DNA from: an uncultured Spongiibacteraceae bacterium
GTDB lineage: Bacteria; Pseudomonadota; Gammaproteobacteria; Pseudomonadales; Dasaniaceae
Length of the DNA: 62,326 nucleotides
NCBI GenBank assembly: GCA_964401565.1
Contig: CAYNZI010000001.1
Coordinates: 1 to 62,326, forward strand
Reading direction: 5' to 3'
Of the stretch, positions 9,386-20,232 are shown in pieces. The first letter of the stretch is position 1; every line of letters begins with the position of its first letter. The translations under genes and the position numbers were made by a program. The notes under the pieces were generated by a model. That model searched no databases. It was given only the letters and a program-made list of their open reading frames with translations, and had not been told where the DNA came from.

Positions 9386-11493
9386 AGCAATATCAAATTG
9401 AGGTTTTATTGCGGCCCGCAGTTGAGTTTAAAAGCGCGTTCGTTTCATTTGCATTGGTGATTATCGCAGTAGTGTCTCCAGCAGCATTATTTACACCGCC
9501 AATGTTTTCGTATATTGTCGCAATATTTTTCTTCTATTTTACCGTCATTGATTTTAAGGATGGCTATCGAATTTACTTGTACAAGCGCGGTATGAAGAAA
9601 CTCCCGCTGTATATTCTGCCATCGAAAGAAATACCCGTCAGAGAGAAATACCTTTTTCTTGGGAAAGGTTTTCTCTGGAAAGCCAAACACACGCAGCGGC
9701 TGCATGACGCTAAAAAAACGGTTAATGCTGAATTCGTTGAAATGGGTTATTGGTATGACCTAGTGCGACGACTTGAGTACCAGTACGAAGGTCGTAGGTT
9801 TTTCCAAGCCATTTTTTTGGCTTTGAATATGCGTTTCAGTCCTGTGAAAAAATTACCCGAGGTTGGTGGTAGTCCAGTTATTCACGCCGTGGGTATGTGG
9901 GAAGGCGAGCGCGATATTTTACTCCCACTGGGGGAGCGCAATGGACACACTCTTGTGCTGGGCACTACGCGAGTCGGAAAAACTCGATTGTGTGAGGTTT
10001 TTGTCGAGCAAGATATTCGGCGCGGCACACCGGAGACTGGCGATGTTACGATTGTTTTTGATCCGAAAGGCGATGCCGATTTAATGCGTAGAGTCTACGG
10101 CACAGCGAAAGATTGCGGTCGTCCTTGTTATATATTTCATCTTGGTTATCCAGAGATAAGCTGCCGATACAACGCGGTTGGTGAGTTCTCACGAATCACA
10201 GAAGTTGCCACTCGATTAACTGAGCCGCTATCAAGCGAGGGCTCTGGTGCAGCATTTAAAGAGTTCGCTTGGCGGTTTACTAACGGTATTGCGAGAGCTG
10301 TTTATTCTTTGGGCCGCAAACCTGGCTACGAAGAAGTACGCAGGTATATCAATAACGTAGATCCTTTATTGAAAGAATACGCTCACCACTTTTTTAAAAC
10401 CTCCGAGCAAGTCGGCAAAGATTGGGCTTCTGATATTACCGCTATTCAGCAGGCGCTTGACCAAAGAAGTATGACGTTTGCAGAAAAAGCAAAAACAGAT
10501 CTCTATTTAGTAGCATTGGTTCGCTACGTTCGTGAAAAGGAATTAGTTGACCCTGTACTCGAAGGATTAATGAGCGCCTTCACTTATGAGAAAACGTATT
10601 ACGATAAAATCGTTGCTTCCATTGGGCCTCTTATGGACAAGTTGACGACTGGTGATGTCGCCGCGCTTCTAGCTCCTGATTATGATGATGTCAGTGATAT
10701 GCGCCCAATTCTGGATTGGCGAAATGTTATCAAAGAGCGGGCGGTGGTTTATATCGGTCTCGATGCTTTGAGTGATTATGTTGTTGCCGGTACTGTTGGC
10801 AACTCAATGTTTGCCGATTTAACATCAGTGGCCGGTGAACTGTATAAGCGCGGCAGAGATAGTACGTTGCCGATTCAGGAGGCTAAGCCGCCCGCAATTA
10901 ATATACATGCCGATGAGTTTAACGAACTCATAGGTAAAGAATTTATTCCGATGCTGAACAAGGCGGGTGGTGCTGGATACAGAGTCACTGTATATACGCA
11001 GGCCTGGAGTGATGTTGAAGCGAAGCTTGGTGATGCGTCTTTGGCTGGTCAGGTGGCTGGTAACTTGAACAACCGCTTCTTTATGCGCGTTAAAGAAGAT
11101 GTGACGGCTGAGATGCTTATTAAAAGTGTCCCTGATGTTGAGGTGTTTAATGTGCAGTCCGTTACTACCGCACAAGATTCACCAGATCCCGACACTCGGG
11201 TAGACTTTTCTTCGTCTACACAAGATCGAGTAGTCCCAGAGAAAGTTCCAGCCATTCAAATTGATGACATTCTGAATCTACCGAAGGGCCAAGCATTTGC
11301 TGTTCTTGAAGGTAACAATATCTACAAGATCCGATTGCCACTTACTCCCACGGCTACCGAGATACACCTACCCAAGGATCTTGAAGCGGTTGCTAATAAC
11401 ATGAAAGAAAAGTATGAAACCGGCGACAATTTCTGGGCAGGAAAAGTTTGGTACGAAACCGCAGCGCCATCTACTGAGGCGTCAGCGGCATGA
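9382..11493 (+). CDS. traD: Type IV coupling protein (MPF_G class)
   Basis: Walker A GTTRVGKT, FDPKGD, HADEF, LPKGQAF; N-terminal TMs. Confidence 0.96.
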   Translation: MKQYQIEVLLRPAVEFKSAFVSFALVIIAVVSPAALFTPPMFSYIVAIFFFYFTVIDFKDGYRIYLYKRGMKKLPLYILPSKEIPVREKYLFLGKGFLWKAKHTQRLHDAKKTVNAEFVEMGYWYDLVRRLEYQYEGRRFFQAIFLALNMRFSPVKKLPEVGGSPVIHAVGMWEGERDILLPLGERNGHTLVLGTTRVGKTRLCEVFVEQDIRRGTPETGDVTIVFDPKGDADLMRRVYGTAKDCGRPCYIFHLGYPEISCRYNAVGEFSRITEVATRLTEPLSSEGSGAAFKEFAWRFTNGIARAVYSLGRKPGYEEVRRYINNVDPLLKEYAHHFFKTSEQVGKDWASDITAIQQALDQRSMTFAEKAKTDLYLVALVRYVREKELVDPVLEGLMSAFTYEKTYYDKIVASIGPLMDKLTTGDVAALLAPDYDDVSDMRPILDWRNVIKERAVVYIGLDALSDYVVAGTVGNSMFADLTSVAGELYKRGRDSTLPIQEAKPPAINIHADEFNELIGKEFIPMLNKAGGAGYRVTVYTQAWSDVEAKLGDASLAGQVAGNLNNRFFMRVKEDVTAEMLIKSVPDVEVFNVQSVTTAQDSPDPDTRVDFSSSTQDRVVPEKVPAIQIDDILNLPKGQAFAVLEGNNIYKIRLPLTPTATEIHLPKDLEAVANNMKEKYETGDNFWAGKVWYETAAPSTEASAA

Positions 11494-12272
11494 GTGGTAG
11501 CGAAGGTGCCAGTCAAGCGCCCCAGAAAAAGCAGAGGGCATTTGGGCCTATTGGTTGGATAACGTCTTTTTTTGGGCTTTGTGTTACGACGATAATATTT
11601 ATCTATATCGGTATGTTGCTCAGCATTTTAGCTGAATGGATTGGCATGGGTTTTTTCTATCCCGAGGAGGGGGCAAAGCATAGCCGACAGATGCTTGAAA
11701 AAGAGTATGGCTACCTCAGTGGGGATTTTAGAGATACGCCCTACGTTAGCAGTACAGTCGTCTTCGCTAATAGCGTGACCGGCTATGTGAAAAGCTACTC
11801 TGGTTTTTATGTAGGCTTTAAATATTTAGCCTCTTTTGATATCAGCGAATATGAAGAAGCTATGGCGGCAGAGGTAATGGATGGCGGCAGTGCGTCCGAT
11901 GTGGCCCCCTGGGGCGCGGTGGTTGTTTACACCACAAGAGAGTACATTTATGCCGCTCTGAATATCGTTATTCTCTATGCCGTCAGGATGACTTTGTTAA
12001 TTCTTAGTTTGCCCATGTTCATTCTGTTTTTTGTGTGGGGTATGGTTCGCGGGCTGAATGAGAGGGACTTGAGGCGCTGGGGTGTTGATCGTGAGTCGGC
12101 ATTTGTTTATTCCTGGTCTAAAGCTGCGGTGCTGCCAATGCTGGCATTGCCGTTTGTTTTGTATCTGGCAGTGCCTTTTAGTGTCCATCCATCTCTGATA
12201 ATGTTGCCTTGCGCTATTGCTGAGGGGTTCATCGTTATGACGATGGCTAGGAAGTTTAAGAAATATTTGTGA
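11490..12272 (+). CDS. TIGR03747/DUF4400 membrane protein
   Basis: RDLRRWGVDRESAFVY and C-terminal FKKYL. Confidence 0.9.
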   Translation: MSGSEGASQAPQKKQRAFGPIGWITSFFGLCVTTIIFIYIGMLLSILAEWIGMGFFYPEEGAKHSRQMLEKEYGYLSGDFRDTPYVSSTVVFANSVTGYVKSYSGFYVGFKYLASFDISEYEEAMAAEVMDGGSASDVAPWGAVVVYTTREYIYAALNIVILYAVRMTLLILSLPMFILFFVWGMVRGLNERDLRRWGVDRESAFVYSWSKAAVLPMLALPFVLYLAVPFSVHPSLIMLPCAIAEGFIVMTMARKFKKYL

Positions 12273-12312
12273 TACCCATTCTAGTGGGTTGGGTAAGGGA
12301 GTTAGTTTGCGT

Positions 12313-12684
12313 ATGAATGTGATAAATTTGGCACACAATCAATCGAAGCGTGGTTTGCTTGTGTGTAAAGTATTAGTGATTTTGTTCCTGCTGTTTCCTT
12401 CACTGCCTGCATTATCCGCTACGGATAGTGATGGCAGTGTTGATCGTGTGGGGGCAATCATTAAAGAGAGGGCGCTGCTTGAGCAGCTGGTCGGGGAGAT
12501 GAAAAAGCTCCAGCGGCTGGTTGATCAGGCTGAGTGCCAAAAATCTTCAGCAGTGCCGAAAATGAACTATAGATTGCTCCGGCTTAAGCTCGGTAATCTG
12601 GAAGATAATGTCGAAGCTTGGTTGGGCGAAAAGCCCCCTGTTTATCGCCAGCTAGAAACTATGAGGTCTAGTGATGACGGGTAA
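12313..12684 (+). CDS. RAQPRD-family ICE protein (divergent)
   Basis: Synteny; ERALLEQL and MNYRLLRLKL; C-terminal motif degenerate. Confidence 0.65.
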   Translation: MNVINLAHNQSKRGLLVCKVLVILFLLFPSLPALSATDSDGSVDRVGAIIKERALLEQLVGEMKKLQRLVDQAECQKSSAVPKMNYRLLRLKLGNLEDNVEAWLGEKPPVYRQLETMRSSDDG

Positions 12685-12910
12685 CGGGGCGGAGGCATTT
12701 GAACTAGGAGCTGGTTTTGCTGTAGGTGATCTTCAAGTGATTTTCTATGCACTGACGGGGGGGTTTATTCTTTTCTGGGCTTCTTACGTTCTTCTGGGAT
12801 CGTATAAACAGTACAGTTCTGGTCAGCTGGAAATGAAAGATTTTTTCATAGTATCAATTCAGACTCTCGCTTTGATGTCTTTATTGCTTCTATTACTTTA
12901 CATATTATAA
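12671..12910 (+). CDS. TIGR03758/DUF3262 membrane protein
   Basis: AFELGAGF motif, two TMs, synteny. Confidence 0.8.
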   Translation: MMTGNGAEAFELGAGFAVGDLQVIFYALTGGFILFWASYVLLGSYKQYSSGQLEMKDFFIVSIQTLALMSLLLLLLYIL

Positions 12911-12925
12911 AAAAGGATTTCTGCT

Positions 12926-13285
12926 ATGCGCTTCTTTAATTGTAATAAAATCATGCTCTTCCGACTCTTGCTGATCGCTCTTGCGCTGGTCTCCTCTGAG
13001 TTATCCGTTGCTGCGTTGGAGGTTCCAGATGATATCGATAAGGACGATGCGGTCGAGGCGGGCAAGGGCGCCGGTAAGTTGATCTTAACTTTGATTCAGA
13101 TTCTGATGGGTGCCGGTGCATTGATCTTTGGTGGCTATGAAATTTTTGGCAGCTACAAGCAATACTCTATTCAAAAGAAAACGATGCCTCAGTTCTTCTT
13201 GGATTTCATTGTAGTCCTGGTACTTGTGGTTGTTGGTTTGTTCTTCTCGATCAAGCTTGATGATTTCATTGCGAAGCTTGGTTAA
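12926..13285 (+). CDS. TIGR03745/DUF2976 pilin-like membrane protein
   Basis: Signal peptide plus two TMs; synteny. Confidence 0.75.
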   Translation: MRFFNCNKIMLFRLLLIALALVSSELSVAALEVPDDIDKDDAVEAGKGAGKLILTLIQILMGAGALIFGGYEIFGSYKQYSIQKKTMPQFFLDFIVVLVLVVVGLFFSIKLDDFIAKLG

Positions 13286-13290
13286 TTGCT

Positions 13291-13680
13291 ATGGAAGCCG
13301 TAGATCAAGATTATGAAATGCTACTTTTAAACAAGCAGGATATGCCGCCGAATGTTATGAAAGGTTGCTCTTCTGATGAGTTGCTTCTGGCTCTGGGTGT
13401 TTCTTTTAGTGCCGTGTTGCCGGTCTGCGTCATTCTTGCTCTTATAGTTCAAATTCCGGTTGTCTACGGCGCGGCTTTGTCGCCCGTTTTGACTGCCGGT
13501 GTTACTTGGAAGGTCTTGGGTATAATTGGCAAGGCGAAGGTTGGAAAGCCGCACGGATGGTATATGAACAAAGTTAGGATTTATTTGAGATATAAGTTTG
13601 GCGCTACAGTGCCATTTTTACGTTATGCAGGGCAGTGGACAATCTTGAGAGAGCTGCGTTCGGATCAGGGAGAGGGTTAA
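13291..13680 (+). CDS. TIGR03750/DUF3487 protein
   Basis: PNVMKGCSSDEL, KVGKPHGW, RYAGQW. Confidence 0.85.
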   Translation: MEAVDQDYEMLLLNKQDMPPNVMKGCSSDELLLALGVSFSAVLPVCVILALIVQIPVVYGAALSPVLTAGVTWKVLGIIGKAKVGKPHGWYMNKVRIYLRYKFGATVPFLRYAGQWTILRELRSDQGEG

Positions 13681-14312
13681 TGCACACTGCAAGAATTCAG
13701 CATCTGAAGATAGTCGTGGCGATCTTGCTGGGGGTTATTGGTATTCAGTTTGTTTACATTACCCTAGTTACTATCGGTTGGAAGTCCGCAGGCGAAGATA
13801 TAAAAGTGAATATTCGTCCTCCGCTTCCTAATCAAAGTTTAGTATACGGGCGGGGTGATATACCCGCACCGACCGCTTATGGTTTTGCTGCGTATGTTTG
13901 GCAAATGACCAAGCGCTGCGAACTTGATTGCGCTACTGATGAAGAAAGAAATATCAGGGTGTCGAAATATTACGCATTGATATCCGAAGAATTCTATTCC
14001 GACTTAAAAAGGGATTTCAATACGCGAAAAGCTAGAGGGCGAGTTCAGGGACGTACACGCGAGCTTGTACCTGCGCAGCAAGTTTATCTCGATGAATTTG
14101 TCAAACCGTATAAGGATGGATGGCAGGTTACGTTGGACATGAAGCTCAAGGAATCTCAAGGGGGCCAGTTGATTAAGGACGTTATTATTCGTTACTACTT
14201 CTATGTGACCAATGAAACGAGCGATGCAAACCGCAATCCCTGGGGCCTGAGTGTTGAGGGTTTCGTTAAGCCGCCCGTCCGAATTGAGGGAGTTAAAGAT
14301 GTCAGTGTTTAA
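13680..14312 (+). CDS. TIGR03746/DUF2895 protein
   Basis: YGFAAYVWQ, W.V.LD, NPWGL; start uncertain (13635 or 13680). Confidence 0.85.
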   Translation: MHTARIQHLKIVVAILLGVIGIQFVYITLVTIGWKSAGEDIKVNIRPPLPNQSLVYGRGDIPAPTAYGFAAYVWQMTKRCELDCATDEERNIRVSKYYALISEEFYSDLKRDFNTRKARGRVQGRTRELVPAQQVYLDEFVKPYKDGWQVTLDMKLKESQGGQLIKDVIIRYYFYVTNETSDANRNPWGLSVEGFVKPPVRIEGVKDVSV

Positions 14313-15171
14313 GGTGTTTGGGCTTTTCTCTGCATTACTTGTTTCTTTTGGCGGCACCGCCGAGGTAGTTGATACTGGTGATGGTTCTTATGTGGATCGA
14401 ATCGCATATCGTCATCCAGTCAATATCGTCATACCGGCTGGGGTGGAGCGAGTTTTAGTTTTTCAAAACCCAGTTCTTGTCGGTGTTCGTGAACATGATT
14501 TTAAGAAAATCCGTGTTAATACGGTAGCGAATTCTAGCTACTGGAAAATCCTTAAAAGCTTGGATACGCCGCTTAGAATTAAGGTAACGGATACTGTCAC
14601 AAAAGAAATATTTCTTTTTGATGTGACCTCTATAGCTGATGGATCGTCCTCCGCTCCAATAGAGGTACTTTCGACAAAGCACAGCGCGGCCCTTCCGTCT
14701 GGAGAAAATATTAAATCTGGGTTGTCTGTTAAAAAGCCTGTTGGTGATCCGTATGTCGCCCTGACTCGCTATGTATCCCAGCGGTATTTTGCGCCTGCGC
14801 GATTGCAAGAGTCGTTATCTGGAGTGTCAAGAATTCCATTAAAGAGCGGCGTGGTATCAGCTCTTATTACTGGCGGTGCTTTTACTTCATCTACAATTTC
14901 GGCTTGGCGTTATCGTGGGTATATCCTCACGGTTGTTGAAGTTAAGAATGACAGCCAGTTTTCGCAATATCTGAATTTCGATTCTCGGTATAGCAAAGAG
15001 TACGGTCTGATTGATATCAGAGCTAACTATTTAGCCGTCAGTTCTAACGCTTTTCAGCTGGGTAAGACTGGTGCTAAAGATGACACCACCTTGCTCTATT
15101 TAATTACAAAGCGACCATTTTTAGATTCAATTTATGATTATGTTTCTTGGAAAGAAAGTGGTGGGGTGTAG
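14299..15171 (+). CDS. TIGR03749/DUF3438 secreted protein
   Basis: GVERVLVF, VALTRYVSQRYFAPARL, DTTLLYLIT. Confidence 0.88.
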   Translation: MSVFKVFGLFSALLVSFGGTAEVVDTGDGSYVDRIAYRHPVNIVIPAGVERVLVFQNPVLVGVREHDFKKIRVNTVANSSYWKILKSLDTPLRIKVTDTVTKEIFLFDVTSIADGSSSAPIEVLSTKHSAALPSGENIKSGLSVKKPVGDPYVALTRYVSQRYFAPARLQESLSGVSRIPLKSGVVSALITGGAFTSSTISAWRYRGYILTVVEVKNDSQFSQYLNFDSRYSKEYGLIDIRANYLAVSSNAFQLGKTGAKDDTTLLYLITKRPFLDSIYDYVSWKESGGV

Positions 15172-15173
15172 CT

Positions 15174-16610
15174 ATGTCTAGCAAGGGATCAAATCCATTA
15201 GTAATGATTATTATTGTGGTTTTGCTTGTAGGCGCGGGCGGTGTAATCATGCTCAGCTCGGATGACGGTACCTCAACCTCCGCCAGCAATAAAACCTCTG
15301 GCGGGCGTAGCGGTGGCGCTGAAGATGATTCCGTGGCTGAGGAGGTGCGAGCGCTTACGGCTCAGCAGACTCGATTCAGGGCTGACATGGAGAAAGAGCT
15401 TTCTGATCGTGATACTAGGGCTCAAGACATTATCGGTGAGCTAAAGGATGAGACTGGCGATTTACTTCAACAGATTAAAGATCTAAGAAAAGATAGCGAG
15501 GACTCTTCGGGAAAGTCCGATGGACTCTCTAAGAGTGAAGTGATGAAGTTTATCGATGAAGCGATGAGTGGCCAAGCACTTGATTCTGCCTATAACCAAT
15601 ATGCCGTTGGCGGTAGTAAAAGAAGACAAAATGATTTTAGTTCCGATTCGATGGTTCTTCCGACCAACAAAAAGGGCGTAGTGATTAAAGATGATGATGG
15701 GTTTGTTGTCATTAAGCCAATGGGTGAAAGCTTCAGTCTTATGGCGAGTGTTTCAGATGCGGCAGATTATACCGGATCTCTTCTTTATGATGCGGGCGGT
15801 CAAGCTAAATCAGGAGCGAATCAGTTTATAGAGACCGCTCAAAACACAGAGGGCGGTAAGTTTGTACAGAAAAATACCTCAGGCAAGGGTGATGAGGGTG
15901 TTCCTTATATGACGCTACATATCGGCATGAAGGGAGTTGATGCTACGGCCTGGACAGCACTTGTTGGAAAAATTGGTAAAGGGGGCAAGGTCTCTGATCC
16001 CTTTAACTTTACCGTAATTTCTAGTGGGAAAATGTTCGGTGCTAATGACGCGACTTTACCCCAGATTGAAAAAGCCGTCTGGGTCGGAACTGCCTATGGC
16101 GACCCCTCGCTTAATTGCGTTCGTGGAAATATAACAAGTGTGACTTTTGTTTTTGATGACGGAATGATTGCAACTAAAACTGCAAAATCGTCCGAGCCTT
16201 TGGCTGAGCTGGTAGACCCGCGTGGGTTTCCGTGCATTCAAGGGACGCGCATAAACAACTTAGATAAGGCAATGATTTCTCAGTTGTTTGCCGACACACT
16301 GACGATCGCTGGTGAGGCTTACGCGGACTCTCAGGTTGAGCAGCAGAAATATTCTGGTGGTAACAAGGATGAGTTTGTTACTGATCAGAGCGCGTACCTT
16401 GCAGGTAACTTTGCAGCTGGTTTAGGCAAGTCTACGGCGGACTATGTACGCTATATGACGGAGGGTGTTTTTGATCTTGTGTATGCTCAATCAGGCGCTA
16501 ATGTGACGCTGGATATTAGAGAGCAGATTAATATCAATTACGGTGGGAAGGATAGCCGCAAGGTGTTTGCGGGAAGTCAGCCAATTATGGAGAGTGCAAG
16601 CCTTGATTAA
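15174..16610 (+). CDS. TIGR03752 VirB10/TrbI-like protein
   Basis: TALVGKI..V.DPFNF, GTAYGDPSLNCVRG, GFPCIQG. Confidence 0.88.
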   Translation: MSSKGSNPLVMIIIVVLLVGAGGVIMLSSDDGTSTSASNKTSGGRSGGAEDDSVAEEVRALTAQQTRFRADMEKELSDRDTRAQDIIGELKDETGDLLQQIKDLRKDSEDSSGKSDGLSKSEVMKFIDEAMSGQALDSAYNQYAVGGSKRRQNDFSSDSMVLPTNKKGVVIKDDDGFVVIKPMGESFSLMASVSDAADYTGSLLYDAGGQAKSGANQFIETAQNTEGGKFVQKNTSGKGDEGVPYMTLHIGMKGVDATAWTALVGKIGKGGKVSDPFNFTVISSGKMFGANDATLPQIEKAVWVGTAYGDPSLNCVRGNITSVTFVFDDGMIATKTAKSSEPLAELVDPRGFPCIQGTRINNLDKAMISQLFADTLTIAGEAYADSQVEQQKYSGGNKDEFVTDQSAYLAGNFAAGLGKSTADYVRYMTEGVFDLVYAQSGANVTLDIREQININYGGKDSRKVFAGSQPIMESASLD

Positions 16611-16968
16611 GTTAATATTTACTGTAGCTGTTCTGGTTGTGTTGTCGGCTTGCGCCAGCAACAAAGAGGATTTGATTCCTTCTAATGGCCCGTCGATGGA
16701 AGAAATATACACATCAGGATTAAATGGTAATTCAGGCAAGCCGCCGAGCGGAAAGAAAGTTGATCGCAGATACATGTCTGCGCCTAACGTGGATTCATTA
16801 CCAGAAGTTCACTTAGCTTTAAATGATGAATTTCCTGAATTTCCAAACCCTACGCTCTATTTGTATGTGAATAAACATGTAACCTCTGGCGGTGTGCCAG
16901 TAATCGGTTACACCACGAAATTTAAAATGTTCAGTCGCGTTCATTACGCATTACCTGGAGAATATTAA
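16603..16968 (+). CDS. TIGR03751 lipoprotein
   Basis: Lipobox LSAC; FPNPTLYLYV; HYALPGE. Confidence 0.88.
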   Translation: MIKLIFTVAVLVVLSACASNKEDLIPSNGPSMEEIYTSGLNGNSGKPPSGKKVDRRYMSAPNVDSLPEVHLALNDEFPEFPNPTLYLYVNKHVTSGGVPVIGYTTKFKMFSRVHYALPGEY

Positions 16969-19814
16969 TGAGCGTCATCGCCAATTCACTAAAGAAAGGA
17001 TTCTCGAAAATTGTTGGCGATGACACGGTGTTAAAGCCTGCTATTACTGATACAGATCGCGACAAACTCTATCAGTCCATGCCTTCTTTTGTTGGCCATT
17101 TGCCTTGGGTTGAATATTCGCACACGGATTCTTGCTATAAATTTGAAGACGGGATTTCGGTGGCTGCTGGCTACCAATTGACGCCGTTCGATGCGGATGG
17201 CCGCTCGGGTGATTTCATGTTGAACCGAAGGGTCGGTATGCTGAATGCCCTTCACTCGATTCCCGACAATTCTGAGTCTCCGTGGGTGTTGCAAACCTAT
17301 ATTCAAGGTGCGCCGCTTACAGTGCTTAAGGACTCTATTCGTAATGGTGTCCATGATCGGGCTAAAGGCACTAAAGTGTCAGAAGATTTTCTTGTCGATA
17401 TGATGGAGCATATTGATCAGGTCTCTGCCCCTGGTGGAATATTTGACGATAAAGGCTCTAACTGGCGAGGAAAGTGCAACAGCTCCCGTATGTTTCTGTA
17501 TCGTCGCTCGAAAAAAAGCGATTTTCCAAAACGCGGAATGAAGCGGCCTGAAGATGAATTAAAGTCAGTCACTAAGGCGTTCGAGCAGCAAATGAAGTTT
17601 GCTAAAATGGAATTTAAGCGCACGGATAGCGCCGATCTTTATGATTGGATGTTGCCATTCTTTAATCCCCAAAGTACAAAAGAGGCTGGCGGGCAGGAGA
17701 GTCTTGTTCGATCTAACCCGTACCCGTTGCAAGAGGAAAAAGATGGCGATCTTCCTTTGGGTTTTGACTTGGCTACTTCGTGTTTCATGTCGTCGCCAAA
17801 ATCTGTCGATGAAGAGCATGGCGTCTATGAATTTCAGAGGCACTTTTATAAATACATTACCCTTGGCCCTCTGCCGCTAAATCCGAAGGCGGGTCATTTG
17901 ACCCTTCCGCTTGATAATGAAAAGCCAGCATTATTCGATCTCATGCCTGACGATACTATGATAAGCATGACGATTACGATTAATAACCAGCTCGAACTGA
18001 GGAAGAAAACTGTTCAGCTGGCTGATGGCAAGACTGGTGAAGATGAACAGGCCAAGCAGGCCAAGTCCCAATCAATTTCAGCGAACCATTTATTGAATCA
18101 TGGGCATCGTGGTTACAAACTGAATATGGGTGTTTATGTTCGCGCTGCATCTTTAGATCAGCTTATGGTGAATGTTGATGATGTAGTCCAGACGCTAAGG
18201 ACATTAAAACTTAACCCCATTGATGCCGACGATGATCTGCTATCACAAAACAACTTCGTCACTCAGATGCCAATGGCTTACGAGCCTGGGCGCGTTCAAA
18301 AAGATTACAGTTCCAATCTGACCTACACGCATCATATCGTTAATTTGATGCCTATTTGGGGGCGCGGTCGCGGCACCGGAAACCCTGGCTTTGTGTATTT
18401 TAATCGTAGCGCTGAACCTCTGACGTTTGATCCATTTAATAAAAAAGATCGCCGCCGCGCTGCACACGGATTAATTCTGGGGCCGACTGGTTCCGGTAAG
18501 TCGGCAGCAATTTGCTACCATGTCGAAATGTGGATGGCGATGTTTAGGCCTCGCGTTTTTATTGTCGAGTCGGGTAATTCCTTCGGTCTTCTTGGCGACC
18601 ACCTCAAATCGAAAGATGTATCGGTCAACCATGTCCGTATTTCTGTTGGTGATGAGTCTTCGGGGTTGTCGCCATTTGCTGATGCGGTGAAGTTGCTCGA
18701 TGGCGTAGATATTAAGCTTGATGATTATTCTAGTGTTAGAGAGCTTGAGCGCGCTATCGCATCCATCTACGGTGAGTCCGATATAAAAGATTACGGTGTG
18801 GCGGATGCGCCCAATGAAGATGATGACGGCGATGATGATGAGCGTGACCTGATTGGTGAGATGGAGCTTGCCGCCATGCTTATGATCACTGGTGGCGAAG
18901 ATGAGGAAATGAAGAACTATGAGCGGGCCGACCGGAACATGGTTCGTACCGCGATTTTTCTTGCCTCTTATAATGTTAAAAAAGCATTTGCCGATAAAGT
19001 ACGCACACACAATCAAGTTCTGCCTACGGATATTTCTGAAGCGCTGCTGCATATTAGTAAGGATCAAGGTTTGCACGATCAGCGCAGGCTCCGCGCTGAG
19101 AAAATGTACGAGTCGTTGAATTTGTTCAATCAGGGACTGGAGGCTAAATTCTTTAATCGCCCTGGCAAGCCGTGGGAACTTGCTGATGTAACGATTGTTG
19201 ATCTTGATCGTTTTGCGCGTAAAGGTTCGGAGGATAAGCTCGCGGTGTTGATGACCGGCTTATTGAACCGTATTAACGATATTGCCGAAGCTTCGCAGCA
19301 TGACGGTAGGCCTATCATTGTTATTATCGATGAAGCGCACGTTGTTACAATTAATCCTCTGCTAGGCCCTTACATTGCGATGATCGGTAAGATGTGGCGT
19401 AAGTTAAAAACATGGCTTTGGCTTGCCACTCAAAACATGAAAGATTTTCCTGACCAAGCTTCAAAAATGCTTTCGATGGCTGAGTTTTGGATTTGTTTAA
19501 ATCCCGATGACGCCGAAATTGCTGAGATTGCTCGCTTTAGAAATTTGACTGAAGATCAGATTTCACTATTGCGCGAAGCGACCAAAGTTCCCCAGAAGTA
19601 TGTTGAGGGTGTTGTGATTTCAGAAGTCCTGACAACACTATTTCGCAATGTCCCTCCTGCTCGGTCGTTGGCCTTGGCCGGTACCGAAGGTGATGAAAAA
19701 GAAGCGCGGAAAAAACTCATGGACGACCTAGATATCGATGAGCTTACAGCCATTGACCACATTAAAAATGACATCTTTCAAGCTCGCGAACAACACCGAA
19801 AGGGGTTTATGTGA
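16968..19814 (+). CDS. VirB4-type conjugative ATPase (TIGR03744/PFL_4706)
   Basis: LPWVEY, GRGTGNPG, Walker A GPTGSGKS, DEAH, KMWRKL. Confidence 0.96.
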   Translation: MSVIANSLKKGFSKIVGDDTVLKPAITDTDRDKLYQSMPSFVGHLPWVEYSHTDSCYKFEDGISVAAGYQLTPFDADGRSGDFMLNRRVGMLNALHSIPDNSESPWVLQTYIQGAPLTVLKDSIRNGVHDRAKGTKVSEDFLVDMMEHIDQVSAPGGIFDDKGSNWRGKCNSSRMFLYRRSKKSDFPKRGMKRPEDELKSVTKAFEQQMKFAKMEFKRTDSADLYDWMLPFFNPQSTKEAGGQESLVRSNPYPLQEEKDGDLPLGFDLATSCFMSSPKSVDEEHGVYEFQRHFYKYITLGPLPLNPKAGHLTLPLDNEKPALFDLMPDDTMISMTITINNQLELRKKTVQLADGKTGEDEQAKQAKSQSISANHLLNHGHRGYKLNMGVYVRAASLDQLMVNVDDVVQTLRTLKLNPIDADDDLLSQNNFVTQMPMAYEPGRVQKDYSSNLTYTHHIVNLMPIWGRGRGTGNPGFVYFNRSAEPLTFDPFNKKDRRRAAHGLILGPTGSGKSAAICYHVEMWMAMFRPRVFIVESGNSFGLLGDHLKSKDVSVNHVRISVGDESSGLSPFADAVKLLDGVDIKLDDYSSVRELERAIASIYGESDIKDYGVADAPNEDDDGDDDERDLIGEMELAAMLMITGGEDEEMKNYERADRNMVRTAIFLASYNVKKAFADKVRTHNQVLPTDISEALLHISKDQGLHDQRRLRAEKMYESLNLFNQGLEAKFFNRPGKPWELADVTIVDLDRFARKGSEDKLAVLMTGLLNRINDIAEASQHDGRPIIVIIDEAHVVTINPLLGPYIAMIGKMWRKLKTWLWLATQNMKDFPDQASKMLSMAEFWICLNPDDAEIAEIARFRNLTEDQISLLREATKVPQKYVEGVVISEVLTTLFRNVPPARSLALAGTEGDEKEARKKLMDDLDIDELTAIDHIKNDIFQAREQHRKGFM

Positions 19815-20221
19815 TGAAGGCCTTTGCGCTTCTGTGTCTTTTGTTTTCCTCTTTCGTGCAGGCCTCTAGGAAGATTGAAATATTTACTCTTTCCAATATC
19901 AATATCGCCAATGTAGATATCGCTAAAAAAGACGGCTGGCGCGTTACTTCTTACTTGGTGGATGGGGCGCTAGTTTTTGAGCGTCAGTTGTCGGCAGGGC
20001 TCCCAGCTGACCGCGAGAAGGCTATGGAGATAGCCAAGGCGCGAGTCGAGTCTATGAAGCAGAGTCTTGGCGATAGGGCTATAGATTCCTATCAGGGGCA
20101 ACTCAAGGCTGTTGAGATGGGTGTGAACAGATTACCAGCCATTGTTTTCAATAAAACTGATGTGATCTACGGTGTTACCGATTTGTGGGAAGCACTGAGA
20201 ATTTACGGCCAAACTAAATAG
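19811..20221 (+). CDS. TIGR03757/DUF1525 protein
   Basis: LSAGLPAD, GVNRLPAIVF..VIYG. Confidence 0.88.
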   Translation: MMKAFALLCLLFSSFVQASRKIEIFTLSNINIANVDIAKKDGWRVTSYLVDGALVFERQLSAGLPADREKAMEIAKARVESMKQSLGDRAIDSYQGQLKAVEMGVNRLPAIVFNKTDVIYGVTDLWEALRIYGQTK

Positions 20222-20232
20222 GGTTTATTCTT

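Noticed and set aside
18471-19076. Long antisense ORFs (also 43418-44164 and many shorter ones)
   Set aside because: Shadows of well-supported plus-strand genes with no motifs.
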